From NCBI GenBank assembly GCA_964016885.1, contig OZ024747.1, positions 35,650,001-35,714,000 of the forward strand: a stretch of DNA of 64,000 nucleotides. The letters are read 5' to 3'. This document shows positions 1 to 12,111 of the stretch, piece after piece. Both the position numbers and the translations under genes were made by a program. Position 1 is the stretch's first letter; each line of letters starts with the position of its first letter. The DNA comes from Eledone cirrhosa. Its lineage: Eukaryota. The notes under the pieces are model-generated. The model had not been told where the DNA came from, searched no databases, and was given only the letters and a program-made list of their open reading frames with translations.

Positions 1-430
1 ATCGTTTTCGGTACGCCGGGCCAACTAACTCACTCGATATGCAAATTAGGCTGCTCAGCCGTTAATATGCATAAGGAAAGCATATACTTCAAACGTTCAA
101 TCAACTGACAGGAAGGTATACGGTGCTGATGACAGCTAATAAGCTAGAAACTAGTTAATCGTTCAAAAGGGCAACGATGGTGGCCGAACAGTGTACGGCT
201 AATAATTCAGGCTGTTTGTTTATAAACAAACCGAGTATTATTATAAATGTTCGATAAACCCATACGTACATATATATATATGTGCATGTATGTATGTATA
301 GACGTACTACTGTACGTCTGTATATATATATGTATGTACGTATACATACTTATATATATATATATATATATATATACGTATACATACTTATATATGCATA
401 TATACATATATGCATATATACACGAAGGCA
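1..430 (+). mobile_element. Non-coding HHR repeat family A (~440-nt unit), copy cut by the window edge
   Basis: Homologous to 6207-7000, 9032-9256(-) and 51460-52160. HHR at 121-161: cggtg CTGATGA cagct-aata-agcta GAAA ctagt t aatcg. Confidence 0.8.
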
Positions 431-865
431 CATTAAAACATATATGGTGCGTAGATACTTTTTAAACATATATTTCTTCTACATCATATGATATGACGAC
501 ATATAACAGTAAAGGCCTAAATTAAATGCATCGTGTTGGAAACTGGATGCTTGTTTCAAATGGAATTATCCATCATTTGTAAATTATACATTCCACAATA
601 CCAATGTTATAGAATACAGAATACCCGATGAAAATTATCTTTCGAAATTTATTTCTTATTCTTTTGTAAATGGAATAATTAATGTTTTAAATATTTCATC
701 GTGGGTATTGGGATAACAACACCAGTTGCTTGCGAAATTTATATCATACTGTGAAATCAATATCATTGTAGTTGTTTATCAGGTATTTCGATTTAATGTC
801 ATTTAGTGTAGATAACTATTTTAAAGAGGATTTTGTACATGCTCAACGCCCACCCCGCCCATATA

Positions 866-917
<52 letters not shown>

Positions 918-919
<2 letters not shown>

Positions 920-1092
920 GTGTGTGTGAGTTCGTTTCCTGTACCGGGTGATGCATTATGTCCTTCAGCAAGACTGTTCATTTCACGTTGCTCCTTCTAC
1001 CTGGAGTTGCGACCGATTAATAATATTAGCAATTGGAAAGATCAATAGAAACATAGTTTCCTTGGTCCGATTTGACAAAACTCGATCGACTG
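918..1092 (+). mobile_element. tRNA/CORE-type SINE, 5'-truncated
   Basis: B-box-like gagttcgtttcc followed by tgtccttcagcaagac...tttcacgttgctcc; reverse complement of the copies at 38685 and 52180. Confidence 0.75.
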
Positions 1093-1109
1093 TCGATATA
1101 TATATATAT

Positions 1110-1545
1110 ACTAGCAGAGGTACCCGGCGTTGCTCGGGTATTAAATAGCAGTTATATATATATCATTTATGTCGATACTTCAGTGCTGCTTCGAAAACTA
1201 TACTTTTACAACATCATCGGCTTTTTCCAAAAGGGGGTTCCTGCCCCCAGAGGTCCCCTACTCAATATGTGCCAATTATGAGAGTTCACATTGATCTGTA
1301 GAACAAACGTAGCACAAGTGTCAAGTTTTGTGAAAATCGGTTGCGAACTCCAGAAGTTATGACGATTTGTTTCATTGCACTGCAGTGCTTCAGTCGACAC
1401 CAAGGAAGTGGTTAAAGGGGTTATCTGCCGGGAGGCCCTATAATCAATATCTGGAAAAATGAATGTGCCCATGACCATCCGGAGTACATAAGTAACCAAT
1501 GTCTTAAGTTTGGTGAAAATACTGTAGAAATGCATAAGTTGTACT
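1110..1545 (-). mobile_element. Non-autonomous Helitron, 3' portion
   Basis: Minus strand ends acccgagcaacgccgggtacctctgCTAG|t (hairpin plus CTAG), nearly the same end as 49345-49374. The 5' limit is uncertain. Confidence 0.6.
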
Positions 1546-1694
1546 CACACACGCATGTGTGTGTGTGTGTGTGTGTGCGCGGGCGCGCATGTGTGTGTAT
1601 TTGTCTGTACGTATGTATAAGTATGTGTATGTCCGTCGGCGCATATGTATGTACTGGCCTATATCTTAACTATTTACTTTTACTATTTTAAGGC

Positions 1695-1815
1695 AAAGTT
1701 AAAATCCCGTCGAAGTTAACTTTGCCTTTCATCATTACGGGATCGATAACATAAAGTACCAGTAATCTACTGGGTATTTGCTGGCCCTGTGCAAAAGGTA
1801 GAAACAACTATTTTA
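1695..1815 (+). mobile_element. tRNA-derived SINE with Meta-type core, decayed
   Basis: tttgcctttcatcattacgggatcgataacataaagtaccag core and gtagaaacaactattt tail. Confidence 0.75.
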
Positions 1816-1854
1816 ATAACCTCTGTTATTTCCGTTTACAATTTTATTTACATC

Positions 1855-2162
1855 ATTCTTAAACTCCGGGGCTGGAAATCATTCGGTTATTTTATATAGA
1901 ATATTAGTCTAACGACTCCATTTACACCATAAACTTGGTCTTATCTTTGAATGAAATTGTTTTTCTCGGCCCACATAACGACGTATTATCCTCGCTTTAT
2001 TTCCGTTCATTACCAGGGAACGTCTTCACGAACCAAAATATCGTCTTCTTGTTTTCAGTTGCAACGTTTCTCGAAATATTTAATTCTGCGTTCACAGATA
2101 GAATTTTTTAGTTTAAGAAGATCCCATTAATGTTGAAAGCAGCGATTCTTTACTTAAACTTT
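1855..2162 (+). mobile_element. Non-coding HHR family D copy (decayed core AAGAAGA at 2115-2121)
   Basis: Homologous to 43968-44157 and 56935-57395; helix I agttt/aaact retained. Confidence 0.7.
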
Positions 2163-2831
2163 CTTTCTTTCTCACTCCCTCTCCCGTTGTTCTTATGCCC
2201 TCTCTATCTCTCTTTTATCTCTCTCTCTCTCTCTCTCACTCATACCCCCTCTCTCTCTCTTGCTCTACAGAATGGAGAACAATAAATAATGCGCAGACGT
2301 CTCTCACTCTCTCTCTGTCTGTATATATATATATGTGTTTGTGTGTGTGTGTGTGTGTGTGAACCAGCGTTCGTCGCCATTCTCTCTCTATCTTTCTCTC
2401 TCTCTATCTGATTATCTTGTACCTCTCTCTGTATAACGACCTATCTCACTCTCTCTCTCTAAATCTCCCTTTCTCTCTTTAGATGTATATGTATATGTGT
2501 GTGTGTGTGATATAGATATATATATATAGAGAGAGTTTCAACATGTATGTAGTTTTATCGATTTTTGAGTTAGTGAGAATGAAAATATAAACAGAGCATA
2601 TAAATAAATTTACAGTAGAATAACATAACAAATATATTTTAAATATATACATAAATAACATTACAAATGCCTCGGTAACACTACAAAGGATGATATAATG
2701 AAATATATATTATTTTAATGTTACAATATTAAAGAAAATGTAAAGGAAGGGGTGAACAACGGAACCAACACCAGAGCAAAAGACAGCACCGTCGCGAGTA
2801 CTGAGCAACCTATATAATGATTTTTGAGGCA

Positions 2832-3301
2832 AGCCAGCATACTCGCAGCGTTGCCTCGGGTGATGGCGAGGCGGATGCGCTGAACTATTGTTTTAAAATA
2901 CTTTTTAATGGAAATGAAGGAAATTGGAAGCTTAATGTTGAAACTTCAAACTCGTGAATTTTGCAGGTTAAAATTCTGCTGGCCCGAAAACTTTTGTACT
3001 TTTGCACGTTTAATCGTAACGTAAATAGATAAACAAATGACGCCATAAAAGGGAAATAACTTGTCTCTCGTCTCTATTTATACATTTGAACTGAAAAAAT
3101 CAATACATTACAAATTTGATTCTTGCACTTGGCGGGGGTCGATTTGAAGATTTTTCTGTCCGATGTCTCCGGCAGACCTTCATCTATAAGTGTAGCAATT
3201 TCACCGAAATATGAACGTACGGTTTAGGAGGAGATGTGTGCCGACTCTTTTAGTAGACAGACAGACAGACAGACATACAGACAGACAGACAGACAACCCC
3301 A

Positions 3302-3320
<19 letters not shown>
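2832..3320 (-). mobile_element. Non-autonomous Helitron
   Basis: Reverse complement matches 48561-48970 (tataaaactg..gttgtctgtctgtc start; gacctgcaaaattca). Decayed hairpin end near 2835-2862. Confidence 0.7.
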
Positions 3321-3344
<24 letters not shown>

Positions 3345-6160
3345 CATTAACTGTCAGAGAAAACAACAACAAATTCTTGAATACATGTATTTACTGGCTA
3401 ATATCTTGCTTCGGAGACTGAATCATTTATGTGTACATTGATGATATAATTACCGATCTAGAAATCGACAAGTGTATAGTGAAAATAAAAGCATGATTCA
3501 GTACCCTCTAGTACGGCTAGACGTATTATAATTGAGTCCAATGGTAGTTACTGGACTAGGACTATTAGACCAAATAGTTATGACATAACTATGGTATCAA
3601 GTAACTCTGCCCAGGTTACTGACATTGTCGCTATTACATTAGCTTAATGAGGAATTCCCCATCTACAAGGCGGCTTATATTGAGACGATGCGCTATTTAC
3701 TGTAGATAATTCTAACACACGTAGAACAGAGATTCTTAAAAAGCAGTTACATAAATTCTTTAAAAACTTTGGCCTTTCTATCACAATTGAACCTAACTAT
3801 AAAATTATCAACTTTCTTGATAGTACTTTAGACCTTATTACAGAATTATACCGCTCTTATCATAAACCTGCTGAGATCCTAACTTATATTAATCGCCTCT
3901 CAAACCACCTCTTTCCGTTCTTAAATATATTGTAAAGTTCATTTCACACAGAATCTCTAGGCTCTCAGCAAATGAGAATATATTTAATGATATCGCCTGG
4001 TACTATAACGAGGCTCTTTCTAATTCAGGTCATACGGATAAAATGTATTACTTACATTGTGTTCCATCCACACAACAATTATGTAATAATAATTTAATCA
4101 CACAGAGTAGTATCTATAGCAAGAATACATTTAAAAATGCTAATAGAAAAAGCTTTCCTCCTTTTAATGGCCTGTTACCTACTCCTAGCAATAAATTCAG
4201 AGTTAGCTCTATTAGAAAACTTAACCATATGCCTCCTATTAATACTAAGAATACATCCACCACCCTAAAAATTTGAAAAATAATCTAAATTTATTTATAA
4301 ACGCTTCTAATAATCCTCGTGTCATGCACTGTAAGATATCTCATGATGTATCCTGGCTAAATCTATCCTTCTCACTTAATGTTTCTTCTAGCCTCCCTAG
4401 AATGTTTTCTATCCTGCATAATAATATCTCTCCTGACCACACATACTATAATGTTTTGAACAAAACTAACGTTAATATTTCTTTCTTTACCACCCCTAAC
4501 TCAGCCTATTATATTGCCTTTAGTATGCAGAAGGAATTAAATAAGCATATGGTATCCCTTCCTGATGATATACCTCTACCTATCAACCATCTACATACGA
4601 ATAATGTTAACTATAACACCAATCCTATTAACCCTTTAACCTCCTCACCGGTAACTTCTATCTCTGCACCTACGCCTATTTTCTCTACTACTGCTAACTG
4701 TAAATGTAACTGCAGATAGCCTAACAACTGCCCTCTGAATGGGCATTGCCATTTAATAATGTAGTGTATAGATGCACGGTTAAATCAGCAAATGACACAA
4801 AAACTGATATTGGAGCTACCGCTAACCCTTTCAAAACTCGTTTTAATTCTCATACACATTCAATGAGGAATAGTAGCTCAAAATCCTCAACTTCATGTAA
4901 ATGCATTTCAACTCTCCAATATGAAATACTCTCTAGTTTGGGATATTTTAGCCAAATCCTCCCCATACAAAGGACTTAAGAATCATTACGATCCCTGATT
5001 ATCTGAAGCTTATTTCATAACTTTATTTAAACATTGCCCAATTAATAACCGCAATGAGATTGTGTTTAACTACCATCACCGTTCGGCATACACATTCCCT
5101 AACAGGGCTTTTCATCCCACTTAGTTAATTTATTATCTATCCTCCAATATTTTATTATGTGCTCTCTACCCATGCATCATACCCCCATATATTAACTAGT
5201 TAGCCCCTATCTAATTTAAGTTGAACTTATCTCAGTTTTTAACTTATTCTCTCCCACCTTATATTAATACTAATTCCTTGTAGCTCCACTTTTTATATAT
5301 CTGCTTTAATGTGGAACCTTGACCCTTTACCTTACCATCCTATCTGTGGTTATGAACTCTTATTTTTTCATTTTTAATATAATCTTATATTATGCATTAT
5401 TATTTGCACATATCTTTTAACCTAGATATTCCCTATTTAATCTTCTTTAATTATTTTCAATTGTTTTTAGTGCACTCCAAGTAATTCCCATCAATATCAT
5501 TTATTCTTTTTTTAAAGTGAATTCTTATTGATTTGACCTTCATACCTCTATCCAATAATAATCAAATATATTTCTTATACCTCATCATTTGAATCTTTTA
5601 TTTATAATGTATATTTTTTTTTTTACCCCTTCTTATCTTATCATTTTTCTAAAATTATATGTAGTAAACATTTAACTATACATTACTACTAATTTATCTT
5701 CCTTGAATACTAATTATCCCCCTATGACAATCGCAACTCCGGTCACATTTTAATTCTTCTATCAGACCCCCTAATAGCCATGATCCTGGCCACCATAATG
5801 AATGTTCGCCATATATACACTGTTAACAAGCTGATAAATTCTGACCGAGAATTGCCTTTAATGTAGGATTTCTTCTTCAGTGGCATGTATTTATTTTAAA
5901 ATTAATATGTTTAAACCGTTTCTTTTTATTCTAAAGAGGGTATTCAAACATGCATTTATTTTCACTGTACGCTTATCGATTTCTAGATCGGTAATTAAAT
6001 CATAAATGTACAAATGAATTATTCAGTCTCCGAAACAAGTTGTCAGCCAGGAAATATTTGTAGTAAAACATTTGTTGTTTTCTATGAGATTTAATTCATG
6101 CTTTTTAACTTTTCTTATAATACTTTTCTAGGCATATTTCCTTCGAATTACTCGCTGTGT
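3345..6160 (+). mobile_element. Penelope-like element remnant (RT C-terminus + GIY-YIG, pLTR) with inverted 5' pLTR piece
   Basis: Broken frames read INFLD..YRSYHKP..YINR.SNH; WLN.SFS; CKCNCR...CPLNGHC; VVYRCTV..IGATANPFKTRFNSH. Segment 3345-3505 is an inverted copy of about 5935-6090. Confidence 0.85.
5927..6048 (+). ncRNA. Decayed hammerhead ribozyme in pLTR
   Basis: CTAAAGA (G5A) ggg...attcagtctcc GAAAC aagtt GTC; the inverted copy supplies actgaat, which pairs with attcagt. Confidence 0.45.
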
Positions 6161-6996
6161 TAATCGGCCGGGTGCAACGATAACGATAAACGGAAAAAAG
6201 TAAACGATTAACCCACTCGATATGCAAATTAGGCTGCTCGGCCGTTAATATGCATAAGGAAAGTATATACTTTCAGACGTTCAATCATCTGGCAGGAAAC
6301 TATACGTTGCCGACGATAAGTAATAAGCATGAAACTAGTACAGCGTTCCTTTGTCAGTGTTGAACAAACGAGCAACGATGGTTGCTAGACACTGCGGCTT
6401 AATACGGGATGTTTTTTTACAAACACACCGAGCACTATAATAAATGTTCGGTGAATCCATACGTACATATATATATATATATATATGTGTGCATGTATGT
6501 ATATATATATATATACATACTACTGTACGTCTGTATACATATATGTATGTACGTATACATACTTATATTTAAGTAACATCCGTATTAAGAGTGGGAAATT
6601 AAATTTCGTTTCATTTATTCCGTTTATCGTTTTCGGTGCACCCGGCCGATTACCCCACTCGATATACAAATTAGGCTGCTCAGCCGTTAACATGCATAAG
6701 GAAAGTATATACTTTCAGGCGTTCAATCATCTGGCAGGAAGGTATCAGTTGCTGACGATAGCTAATAATCTTGAAACTAGTACTGCGTTCCTTTGTCAGT
6801 GTTGAACAAACGAGCAAGGATGGTTGCTAACACTACGGCTTAATACGGTATGTTTGTTTACAAACACACCTGGCAATATAATAAATGTTCGGTGAATCCA
6901 TACGTACATATATATATATGTGTGCTTGTATGTATATACATATGTATATACATACTACTGTACGTCTGTCTACATATATGTATGTACGTATACATA

Positions 6997-7000
<4 letters not shown>
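6160..7000 (+). mobile_element. Family A tandem dimer with short 5' inversion
   Basis: Two HHR motifs (6305-6345, 6747-6787) whose predicted cleavage nucleotides 6340 and 6782 are 442 nt apart. 6161-6207 is an approximate reverse complement of 6607-6652. Ends in (TA)n. Confidence 0.85.
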
Positions 7001-7050
<50 letters not shown>

Positions 7051-7352
7051 TATATATATATATATATATAAGTCCGACAGACAACATTTTCCCCCACCCC
7101 GGAAAAAACCCCAATTGATGGGTGTGAATGCGAAATATATAGGGACTATTAAAGTCTCCCAAGGTAACTCTCTCTTGTGTTGTTATTTTTATTTTCTCCT
7201 TTATACTCTTCCCTTCATTCTACACATTTCACACATCTTATACACACCATGCATCTCAACGTACACCCACTTACATCTCTCTCTCCACCACCGGACCTTG
7301 TTACCCGGAGATTTACCCATTTGCATTGTCGAGGCTTCCAAACGACTTAAAG

Positions 7353-7593
<241 letters not shown>

Positions 7594-7773
7594 TAATTTA
7601 ATATATCTACTAACATAAGCGCACAGATGTACGCTAATGCCAGCAAATACACAGGTTATGTCATAGTACCTAGGTGGTTCAATGCAGGAGGATGCAGAAC
7701 AATAATATAAAAGACGTAAAATAAGAAAATTTAAAAAAAAAATTAAAAAAAAATTAACTTACTTAAATTTTCA

Positions 7774-7853
7774 CTCAAACTAATTAGTTTCTGCAATGGG
7801 ATAAAGACAGTTACGTAATGAACTGTTGAGAATTTCATTGCGTCATCAGGGAG
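7774..7853 (-). ncRNA. Type I hammerhead ribozyme, family B unit 1
   Basis: ctcc CTGATGA c gcaatg...acagtt/aactgt...cattgc a GAAAC TAATTA GTT tgag. Confidence 0.85.
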
Positions 7854-8312
7854 ATCTATTCTCAGCCAAGTCTCCAGGCAATGCGCGGACACTGGGGTCT
7901 CATATAAAAATAATAATAATTCGGTAAATGGAACAGCTATTGAGGACTGGATTCCAGGCACTGAACATTCTCACTGCCACTGGTCATATGGCCGATTCTA
8001 AAGAATCAATCACGTGACACAGAGGCTAGTCAGTAGGAATGGGATGGTAAGATGACAGACGCCTACTAACACCCCCCAAAAATTTAGAAGTGGTTTTGGC
8101 AGGTTTGCTCGACAAATCAGTGATTTGGAGATAAATATAGATAATTTAATATATCTACTAACATAAGCGCACAGATGTACGCTAATGCCAGCAAATACAC
8201 AGGTTATGTCATAGTACCTAGGTGGTTCAATGCAGGAGGATGCAGAACAATAATATATAAGACGTAAAATAAGAAAATTTAAAAAAAATTAACTTACTTA
8301 CTTAAATTTTCA

Positions 8313-8392
8313 CTCCAACTAATTAGTTTCTACAATGGGATAACGACAGTTAAGTAATGAACTGTTGAGAATTTCATTGCGTCATCAGGTAG
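8313..8392 (-). ncRNA. Type I hammerhead ribozyme, family B unit 2
   Basis: ctac CTGATGA c gcaatg...cattgt a GAAAC TAATTA GTT ggag. Confidence 0.85.
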
Positions 8393-8451
8393 ATCTATTC
8401 TCAGCCAAGTCTCCAGGCAATGCGCGGACACTGGGGACTCATATAAAAATA

Positions 8452-8637
8452 ATAATTGTTTCTACTTTAGGCACAAAGCCAGCAATTACCCAGTGCATTA
8501 CTGGTACTTTATTTTATCGACCCCGTAAGGATGAAAGGCAAAGTCAACCTCGGCGGGATTTGAACTCAGATCGTAAAGGGACGTAACTACGCTGGAAAGC
8601 ATGGTGTCCGACCCTCCACCGATACTGCCAATCCACT
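8452..8637 (-). mobile_element. Full-length Meta-core tRNA SINE inserted in family B unit 2
   Basis: Minus strand: tggcagtatcgg (A-box-like), gagttcaaatccc (B box), gcctttcatccttacggggtcgataaaataaagtaccag, (att)n tail. Absent from unit 1. Confidence 0.9.
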
Positions 8638-9031
8638 TCGGTAAATGGAACAGCTATCGAGGACTGGATTCCAGGCACTGAAAATTCTCAATGCCACTGG
8701 TCATATGGCCGATTCTAAAGAATCAATCACGTGATACAGAGGCTAGTCAGTAGGAATGGGATGGTAAGATGACAGACGCCTACTAACACCCCCCAAAAAT
8801 TTAGAAGTGGTTTTGGCAGGTTTGCTCGACAAATCAGTGATTTGGAGATAAATATAGATAATTTAATATATCTACTAACATAAGCGCACAGATGTACGCT
8901 AATGCCAGCAAATACACAGGTTATGTCATAGTACCTAGGTGGTTCAATGCAGGAGGATGCAGAACAATAATATAAAAGACGTAAAATAAGAAAGTTTAAA
9001 AAAAAAATTTAAAAAAAATTAACTTACTTAA

Positions 9032-9072
9032 ATACAGACGTACATTAGTATGTATATATATATACATACATG

Positions 9073-9109
<37 letters not shown>

Positions 9110-9256
9110 TCCTATATATATATACGTATGGATTCACCGAACATTTCTTATAATGCTCGGCGTGTTTGTAAACAAACATCGCGAATTAAGCCGTACAGTG
9201 TCTAGCAACCATCGTTGCTCATTTGTTCAACACTGACAAATGAACACTGTACTAGT
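9032..9256 (-). mobile_element. Family A partial copy starting at the HHR helix III palindrome
   Basis: Reverse complement matches about 6334-6535; homology stops at actagt 9251-9256. Confidence 0.8.
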
Positions 9257-9649
9257 GTACTTAATATGCGGACGAAACCATGGTCGAGGTAAATAAATGT
9301 GTTCACTTTCTCCTAGTTTATTTTACACCTAATTCTGTTTAATTGACTGTATATCTGGGCGCTGTCGAAATATTCGATAAATATTCCGTCGCAGCCGGCG
9401 CGAAGGGCTGGTTTCGGTTATTTGTTGGAGATTTCTTCATAGAAGCCTTATTCTTATAGCTTGGTCTATTCGATTTTTTATATAGTTAATTATGCTAATT
9501 GGGAGAGGAAATGGTATATATGTTATCTGTGATTCTATAGACATGTTTTATGATATATATATATAACGAAGGAAATGTGGTAAGGAACCAGGTGGACCAT
9601 AACGCACCAAAGTACTCAATACTTGGGGTAGTAGAGTGGTAGTCTGGTT

Positions 9650-9724
<75 letters not shown>

Positions 9725-9849
9725 ATTTATATACATATATATATATTTAGATAGATAGATAGAGGAGAGGGGGGGACATATGGAGGTAGCAAGGATGGCT
9801 ACTTATCTCCCAGACAAGCCAGTGAACTGTTGTCTCGTTTATGGATGGT

Positions 9850-10600
9850 CTCAGGTTCAACCAAACATTTGTTTGGCTTTCGATGGCTTTCGATGACTGG
9901 ATGCCCTACCTATCACCAACAGATTTACATCGTGTACTCGGTGCGTTTATTGTGTAGATCGGCAAATACTTGTGTGGCTGTCACGCCTTGACGCGACGTA
10001 AGGGTTCTTCCAAACATTTATGTAGCAAGGCCTCCTCACGTTGGCGCGTTATGTGTTGAGAGGGTGTAGTTGTCTTCAGGGTAGTTGTTAGTGAACGGTG
10101 TTTCATGTTGAAAGCTCTTCTTCTGTTGTAGTCGTCCTATTGCACGCAGAGAGAAACATTTTCTTGTCAACAGTGGGAGTCGCTCTCTAAACGTCTTCCA
10201 CCCTATCCTTATTCTATCTATTAAGTTCCGAGATCATTCTCATCCGCTGCCAATTAAGTCACCTAGGTATCAGAAGCTATCGACCAGTTCTATGGACCGT
10301 TCCTATGACTTGAATTGATTTACATCACTGACGCTCATTCCCTTGATCAACCTTCTGACTCTTCTACATACAAATTTACTCTTCCGTTAGTCTACTTGCT
10401 GAAATAGAATATAGAATTTCTTATCCTTCTAATATTTAAATGAATGAATATGATTTATGTGTTGAATTTACCTCCCTTTACTAAATAAATGCCGATTCCC
10501 GATGCATGCGAATAATGGTCTGTACAAGCCCAGTTCTACTGCGGTATTTCTGCAGAGATATCTAAGCTACATAAACGAAGCAAAAGTGATATTTCTAATA
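9850..10600 (-). pseudogene. Decayed RTE-clade LINE fragment(s)
   Basis: Minus strand at about 10130-10300 reads IELVDSF*YLGDLIGSG...RIRIGWKTFRERLPLLTRK, the RTE post-RT region. Outer limits are uncertain. Confidence 0.65.
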
Positions 10601-10960
10601 CATCTTCTGCTGCTAGTCTAGTGTTAAAAAGAACTTATAAAATATTCAATCTACAAAAAATCAATGATATATCGATTACTATTGATATAAAATATTAAAT
10701 AGCGTCCTTCTGGCATATAAAATTTATACGCGTAACGAAACAAAATATATAGGAATATATAAAATCACACAAGCAAAATAAACATTGGAGAAAAAATTAG
10801 TACATCTAAAAGCAAAATATACACGTCTGTCACACACGCAACTTACATAAATGTATAGACAATTACATACGCACACACACACGCACACCCCAAAACACAC
10901 ACAATTTTGTATTCTTTTACGACCAACTAAGGTCATAGAAATTCATATATATATATATAA

Positions 10961-11000
<40 letters not shown>

Positions 11001-11087
11001 TTAAAAGGTAAACAGAAATAACAACACGAGCGGTACAGTATATGGAAGGAATATATTAGGTTAACGCTTGAAATAGCAGGAAGAGAG

Positions 11088-11122
11088 TCTTCACGTTTCG
11101 GACGTAGTCCTTCGTCAGAAGA
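11088..11122 (-). ncRNA. Minimal hammerhead motif in a solo pLTR-like fragment (G at the cleavage site)
   Basis: tctt CTGACGA a ggac-tac-gtcc GAAACGT G aaga. Confidence 0.75.
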
Positions 11123-11255
11123 AATAATGAGAAATATGAAGGGACGGGCGGGTGTAATTCGAAAAGAAATATATATATCATCATTAGAAAAATAAATATA
11201 TTTTTGTATATATATATATATTTAAAAGAACAGAGGTGTAACACACGAGTTATGA

Positions 11256-11618
11256 TATATTGGTAAAAAGAAAAGAAAATGCTGACAAATTATTCCCAAT
11301 GAAAAATAGTTTAATTAGGAATAAAAGTAAAAATTAGTAATAAGTATTGGTTAGTATTCAGTTTTGGTTTTAAGTTTTTACTGGTTACGCATTTCTAATG
11401 CTTTTCAAAATAATTTTGAGATAGAGCGCCCGTGATGTTTTCTCTAATCTGATTAGAGCAAACATTACGGGCGCTCTATCTCAAAATTATTTTTGAAAAG
11501 CATTAGAAATATGCAAACGGTAAAAACTTAAACGAAAACTGAATACTAACCAATACTTATTACTAATTTTTACTTATTCCTAATTAAACTATTTTCCTTT
11601 TACTTTTACCAATATATA
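11256..11618. repeat. Fold-back palindrome centred at 11450, decayed TTGAAAA-type HHR on each arm
   Basis: ctctaatc-t-gattagag centre; arms of about 150 bp, imperfect. Confidence 0.9.
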
Positions 11619-11638
11619 TATATATATATATTTATATA

Positions 11639-11674
<36 letters not shown>

Positions 11675-11739
11675 AATAACGAAACGAAATTAAATTTCGT
11701 TTCGTTTGTAACTCACTTTTGTATGACTGACGCTTAAAC

Positions 11740-11916
11740 AATTAAGTTAAAAATGTACATCCATATATGTATACTGAAATACTAGTATGCATATGAATAC
11801 ACACACGTATACATATGTAGATGTACCAAGACTTGGTACATCTACATATGTATACGTGTGTGTATTCATATGCATACTAGTATTTCAGTATACATATATG
11901 GATGTACATTTTTAAC

Positions 11917-11922
<6 letters not shown>
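11740..11922. repeat. Perfect 91-bp-arm palindrome, 1-nt loop at 11831
   Basis: gtaccaag-a-cttggtac centre; arms read as exact reverse complements. Confidence 0.95.
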
Positions 11923-11954
<32 letters not shown>

Positions 11955-11962
<8 letters not shown>

Positions 11963-12111
11963 GTGAGTTTTTTTTTTACAAAATGAAAAATAACCGAGGT
12001 GTCCTACACGAGTGAAAGTATTTAAGAAAAAGTGATGAAATCGAAAATGCAACTGGAGTCTTATTTTTTTTAAAATATATATATTTATTTGGTTCCTTTA
12101 CCGGTTTCGCA
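11955..12111 (-). mobile_element. Family C fragment truncated inside its HHR
   Basis: Near-identical to 39241-39396; keeps gcGAAACCGGTAaagg. Confidence 0.8.

Larger units (their letters stand above)
7591..9031 (-). mobile_element. Non-coding HHR family B tandem array (about 2.3 units)
   Basis: Units start at 7591, 8139 and 8857 (agataatttaatatatctactaac). Minus-strand HHRs at 7774-7853 and 8313-8392. Confidence 0.88.

Noticed and set aside
39-46. Octamer ATGCAAAT in family A as an snRNA-type enhancer
   Set aside because: Present in only two of four comparable copies; no PSE recognised.
7095-7146. ttgatgg...GAAATATATAggg hammerhead-like text
   Set aside because: Core and helix register do not fit.
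7591-9031. CRISPR-like array
   Set aside because: Long near-identical units with no unique spacers; eukaryotic context.
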